A stretch of 32,000 nt of DNA from Spiroplasma endosymbiont of Antitype chi (GTDB lineage Bacteria; Bacillota_I; Bacilli_A; Mycoplasmatales; Mycoplasmataceae): assembly GCA_964019725.1 (NCBI GenBank), contig OZ026467.1:2100347-2132346 (forward strand). Direction: 5' to 3'. This document shows, piece by piece, positions 28,616-32,000 of this stretch (position 1 is its first letter; every line of letters begins with the position of its first letter). Position numbers and translations under genes: made by a program. The notes under the pieces were generated by a model. That model saw nothing but the letters and a program-made list of their open reading frames with translations, had not been told where the DNA came from and did not search any database.

Positions 28616-30787
28616 ATACGTAAGTTTTTAGCATTATTTTCATTTGTACCAATTTTATTGATTTATTTTTTCTCGTTAGGGGCAATTAAATTACAACAAA
28701 ACCACCAATCACAACAAACAGCAGAAAAAGTAAGAACAAAGCAAAGTGTAGAAACGGGTATTAATGAAACTGATTTTATTAATACGATGTTTTTACGCAG
28801 TACTTTTTTTGAAAATTGAAGTGATAACAATTATTTTATTAATCCTACTTTAAAAACATCAAAATCATTAACTTATAACGATAAATGATACTTAGATTTT
28901 TTAAGGGGTAGTTATTCAACTGGTGTTTATTACTATAAACCTAGTGATAAATTTATGGATTTATATAAAAATTGACATAATTATTTTAAAGAATATAACA
29001 TTAATAAATTTTATGATGTTGATAAAAAACAATTTTTAAAATAATTGACAAATTTTATTTATTCTTTTACAACTAAATATAATTTAACCCAAATATTAAA
29101 TAAATTAAAAACAAATATCAATGATTTACAATCAGTTAATTTAATTGAAGATAATTGAAAAGTAGTTAATGACTATGATTGACTTAAAAATAATTTTGAT
29201 AATAAATATTATTTTGTTATTTAAAAACAATTATATAGTAATGAATGAGAACTAAAAAAATTTAAACATGATAGTAGATATGATATGCGAATAGAAAATT
29301 ATATTAAAGATGATAGATTTAAAGGTCTTTATCGTTGAGATGGGAATGATGAACCATAAACACGAACAATTAATATCAATAATGGTAAAATTACAAATTG
29401 AAATGTTGAAAATCAAAATAAAGTTAAAGATTTTTTAAATAGGTATTTAGATGTTATTTTCCAAGAAAACATTAGAATTCAGCGGGGTGGTAATCCTGAT
29501 TATGAGAGTTCTATTGTTGGTATACAACGAATAATTTTTGATTTTGAAATTATTGATGAAAGTGAAAGATATACTGCTATGTATTTTATTAAAAAATCAA
29601 TTTATCGGGTGATTTTAACAATTGATAAAAATCAATAACATTATTGCTGACAGTTTAGAATTAACACATACTAAGACAGCAAGTAATTATGCATCTCATC
29701 CTTATAAAGAAACTAAATTAGGTTTTTTGTTTACTTTTATGAAAGAAAAAGATAATATCTTTAATTTTGATGAAAATACTAATTCATATTTAGAAAATGG
29801 AAATATTAAATATTATGAAAAAATGAAAGGACAAATTGATATTAATAAATTTTTAAAAGCCTTTTTGCATATGCTTTGGTACCTGTGTTTCAAAATCGTA
29901 TTAATTTTATTGAAAGTGGTTATATTGATAATTTAAAGTATAACACTGTGTTAATTAATTTTTTGGGTTTAAAATTAGTTAATTTTAGAGATGTTTTAAT
30001 TTATGAAAATAATATAAATAAAAATCAATTTGAAAAATTATTAAATGGTATGTTTACAGTTTCGCAAAATTTTTATAAGGATTATTTACGAACAATTTTT
30101 GATTTAGAAAATAATAATTATACACAGGGATATAATAAAAATTATGGTTTATTAACAAATAATGGTTTTAAAATTTATCCGCGTTATTTTTATTTTTCTG
30201 ATAAATATAAATCATTATATTTTAAGATGTATTCTGCTTATAAAAATCGGTTTTACAACAAATTATAGAGAAAAGATGTATTGAACTATGATTTTTCAGT
30301 CTCAAATTATTATAATATTAATCAAAATGAGGGTTATGTTTTTGATGGTGCTTTAAAAGATAAATATGGTTTAAAATATAAAAAAATGTAAGAACAAAAA
30401 ATCGGTTATAGTGTTTTTGAATTAAAAGCCCAAAAATAAAATGATATGTATCGTTATTATGATTTTAATTTTGGTATTTATAATTGACAATAAATAAATA
30501 ATGGCGGATTATTTCCCGATAGTCAATGATGAAAGGCACAATATGAAAGTTGTAGTTGATATAATTTAGCGTGTCATATCAGAAATGCTGCAATTTGAAT
30601 TGTTAATAATATCCATGGTATAAAACAAGTAAAATAACTAGCGGGCAGAATTGGTAGGATTTTTTAAATAATTTATAGTTTTTTCAGTCAAACATTCGGA
30701 GTATGAAAATTTAGTCCTGCATTTTATAGGGCAATAACTAACTTCTTTTTATTAATTATATTCATGAAATTTGTAAGATTAATATAA
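28616..30787 (+). pseudogene. Largest plectrovirus ORF (~720 codons; candidate pIII-like adsorption protein), severely decayed
   Basis: An N-terminal hydrophobic leader (I)RKFLALFSFVPILLIYFFSLGA begins with ATA, not ATG. In-frame TAA at 29042, 29222 and 29357. Frame changes occur near 29620-29636 and about 29850-29870. There is then a TAG at 30266 and five more TAA before the terminal TAA 30785-30787. The C-terminal hydrophobic segment is ...FYRAITNFFLLIIFMKF. Confidence 0.55.
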
Positions 30788-30806
30788 AAAAGGCTAAAAA
30801 GTCCTT

Positions 30807-31198
30807 TTATTCTTTTCAATCTGTAATTTTACCATTATTGATATTAATTGTTGGTGTTTGTGGTTCATCATTTCCATCTCAACGATAAATACCTTTAAAT
30901 CTATTATCTTTAATATAATTTTCTATTTGCATATCATATTTACTATCATGTTTAAATTTTTTTAGTTCTCATTCATTACTATATAATTGTTTTCAAATAA
31001 CAAAATAATATTTATTATCAAAATTATTTTTAAGTCAATCATAGTCATTAACTACTTTTAAATTACTATTTTCTGGTGGTTGTTCTGTTTTATTACCCCC
31101 CCGTTTTCATTATTATTTGGTTTTTCACAACTAATTAATGATGTTGTACTTGTTGATGTTATTCTGATTGATCCTAAAATAATAAGTATCTTTTTTAT
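30807..31198 (-). pseudogene. Lipoprotein (YRW-motif family) frameshifted at a G7 tract; start codon reads ATA
   Basis: The minus strand reads (I)KKILIILGSIRITSTSTTSLISCEKPNNNENGG, a lipoprotein signal with a lipobox Cys, then G7 (C7 on the plus strand, 31096-31102). With 7 G the frame stops after 47 codons. With 8 G it continues ...GNKTEQPPENSNLKVVNDYDWLKNNFDNKYYFVIWKQ...KGIYRWDGNDEPQTPTININNGKITDWKE to TAA 30807-30809. Confidence 0.65.
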
Positions 31199-31270
31199 AT
31201 CTGTTCCCTTTTTTAAAATTATCTTCAATGCTATAATTATACTATATATTTTTAAGGTAAACGTAAATTA

Positions 31271-32000
31271 ATGAAATATATTATTAATAACTCTAATTTA
31301 AGCGATTTACAAGCAAAATCGCGAGATTTTTTAAGTAAAAACTATCAAAATAAATATTATAAAAGAATAAAAAAGAAAATATTTGCATATATTAATTTAT
31401 GCAAGGAGTTTTTTCTTGAAACTAAGTTGTTATTAAAGGATTTAATTAAAAAATATTTTAAAAATAAATTTTAAACTTTTTATTACTGATCAAATAAAAT
31501 TTTAATTACATATGCAAATAATAATTTTGAGGATTTATTATTAAAATCAACAGTCCCTAATAATATTGATTATCAATATGGCGAAAATACTCGAAAAAAT
31601 ATCTGTGATTTATATTTTGAATATTCTGATAAACGTGCTGGTGGTGTTTTATCATTGTTTTATAATTTAAAAAAAGGAATTCGTGGCGAAGAATTAAAAA
31701 ATAAAGCACCTAAAAATTTAAAAACATTTTTTCGTTGACTTAAAAAAGATAAGCGTTGATTAAAAATAAAAAATAAAATTGAAGAAATTAAAAGACAACA
31801 TCCAAGATATTAAGTTAAAGAATTGGGATTATTACAAATTGATGAAAAATATTTTATACCAAGTAAATTTCCAGTTGATAAAAAATATTATGTTTATGAT
31901 TTTATTGATGAAAGAATAAGAGGGGTATTCGGTTATATTTATGATAAATTATGTACCAAAAATGCTATTGATGCTGTTAAAAGAGCGATCAGTGATTTTA
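31271..32000 (+). pseudogene. IS481-like transposase (same family as 15981-17148), 5' part, two in-frame TAA, runs off window
   Basis: ATG 31271. ...INLCKEFF..., ...VKELGLLQIDEKYFIP... parallels ...FNLCQKYY... and ...ELGHLQHDIKII... of the other copy. TAA at 31472-31474 and 31811-31813, in a frame that is otherwise open to the window edge. Confidence 0.55.

Larger units (their letters stand above)
24403..30787 (+). mobile_element. Plectrovirus (SpV1-like filamentous phage) prophage remnant; may extend to the transposase at 31271+
   Basis: About 13 tightly packed same-strand ORFs, mostly small with hydrophobic helices, one with an N-terminal Walker A (Zot/pI-like), and one very large ORF with a C-terminal hydrophobic anchor. 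There is an iteron/hairpin region. This organisation matches my recollection of SpV1-type viruses integrated in Spiroplasma chromosomes. Boundaries are approximate. Confidence 0.7.

Noticed and set aside
1-32000. Possibility that the many in-frame TAA/TAG codons reflect stop-codon reassignment or programmed readthrough rather than decay
   Set aside because: The long intact genes (E2-like 986 codons, capsid-like 434 codons, IS3 OrfB) contain no TAA/TAG and terminate at TAA. The affected genes also carry frameshifts and lost start codons. Paralogue comparison shows TAA replacing TGA and CAA. Ordinary pseudogenisation explains the pattern.
1-32000. Search for tRNA, rRNA or other structured RNA genes via GC-richer islands
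   Set aside because: The few GC-richer patches (e.g. about 5205-5220, 17190-17200, 24785-24815, 28075-28095) lie in coding or phage sequence and show no cloverleaf or rRNA-like features.

Overview
This is a very AT-rich window that only makes sense under translation table 4 (TGA=Trp). The supplied six-frame track treats TGA as a stop, so it fragments almost every real gene; the fragments rejoin in frame across TGA inside recognisable domains. Code 4, together with a filamentous-phage-like block of tiny same-strand membrane-protein ORFs, a Zot/pI-like ATPase and an adjacent transposase, points to a Spiroplasma (Citri-clade-like) chromosome. That assignment is inference; no search was run. The window is essentially a mobile-DNA graveyard with seven parts. 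(1) A minus-strand tailed-phage packaging/head module: terS, terL, a portal-like gene and two large unknowns at 13503-6774, then scaffold-like, capsid-like and two downstream genes at 3840-1. Most of these genes carry in-frame TAA/TAG. The module is split by an opposite-strand secreted-protein/lipoprotein pair and an IS3-family element. (2) An ISLre2/UPF0236-type transposase pseudogene. (3) A unit with ~105-nt inverted repeats, invaded by an IS481-like element (perfect 15-bp target duplication) and a second IS3-family element. (4) An intact 986-codon E2-acyltransferase-like gene lacking both the lipoyl-Lys and the catalytic His, next to a MATE efflux pseudogene; the pair is bracketed by ~105-nt direct repeats. 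(5) A heavily decayed plectrovirus (SpV1-like) prophage with an iteron/hairpin region. (6) A lipoprotein gene whose mature part is a near-identical inverted copy (9 mismatches in 246 nt) of an internal segment of the phage's largest ORF, and which is frameshifted at a G7 tract. (7) A second IS481-like transposase pseudogene running off the right edge. No rRNA, tRNA or CRISPR array was seen. The most unusual item is the E2-like pseudoenzyme. All homology calls rest on motif recognition by eye, not on database searches.
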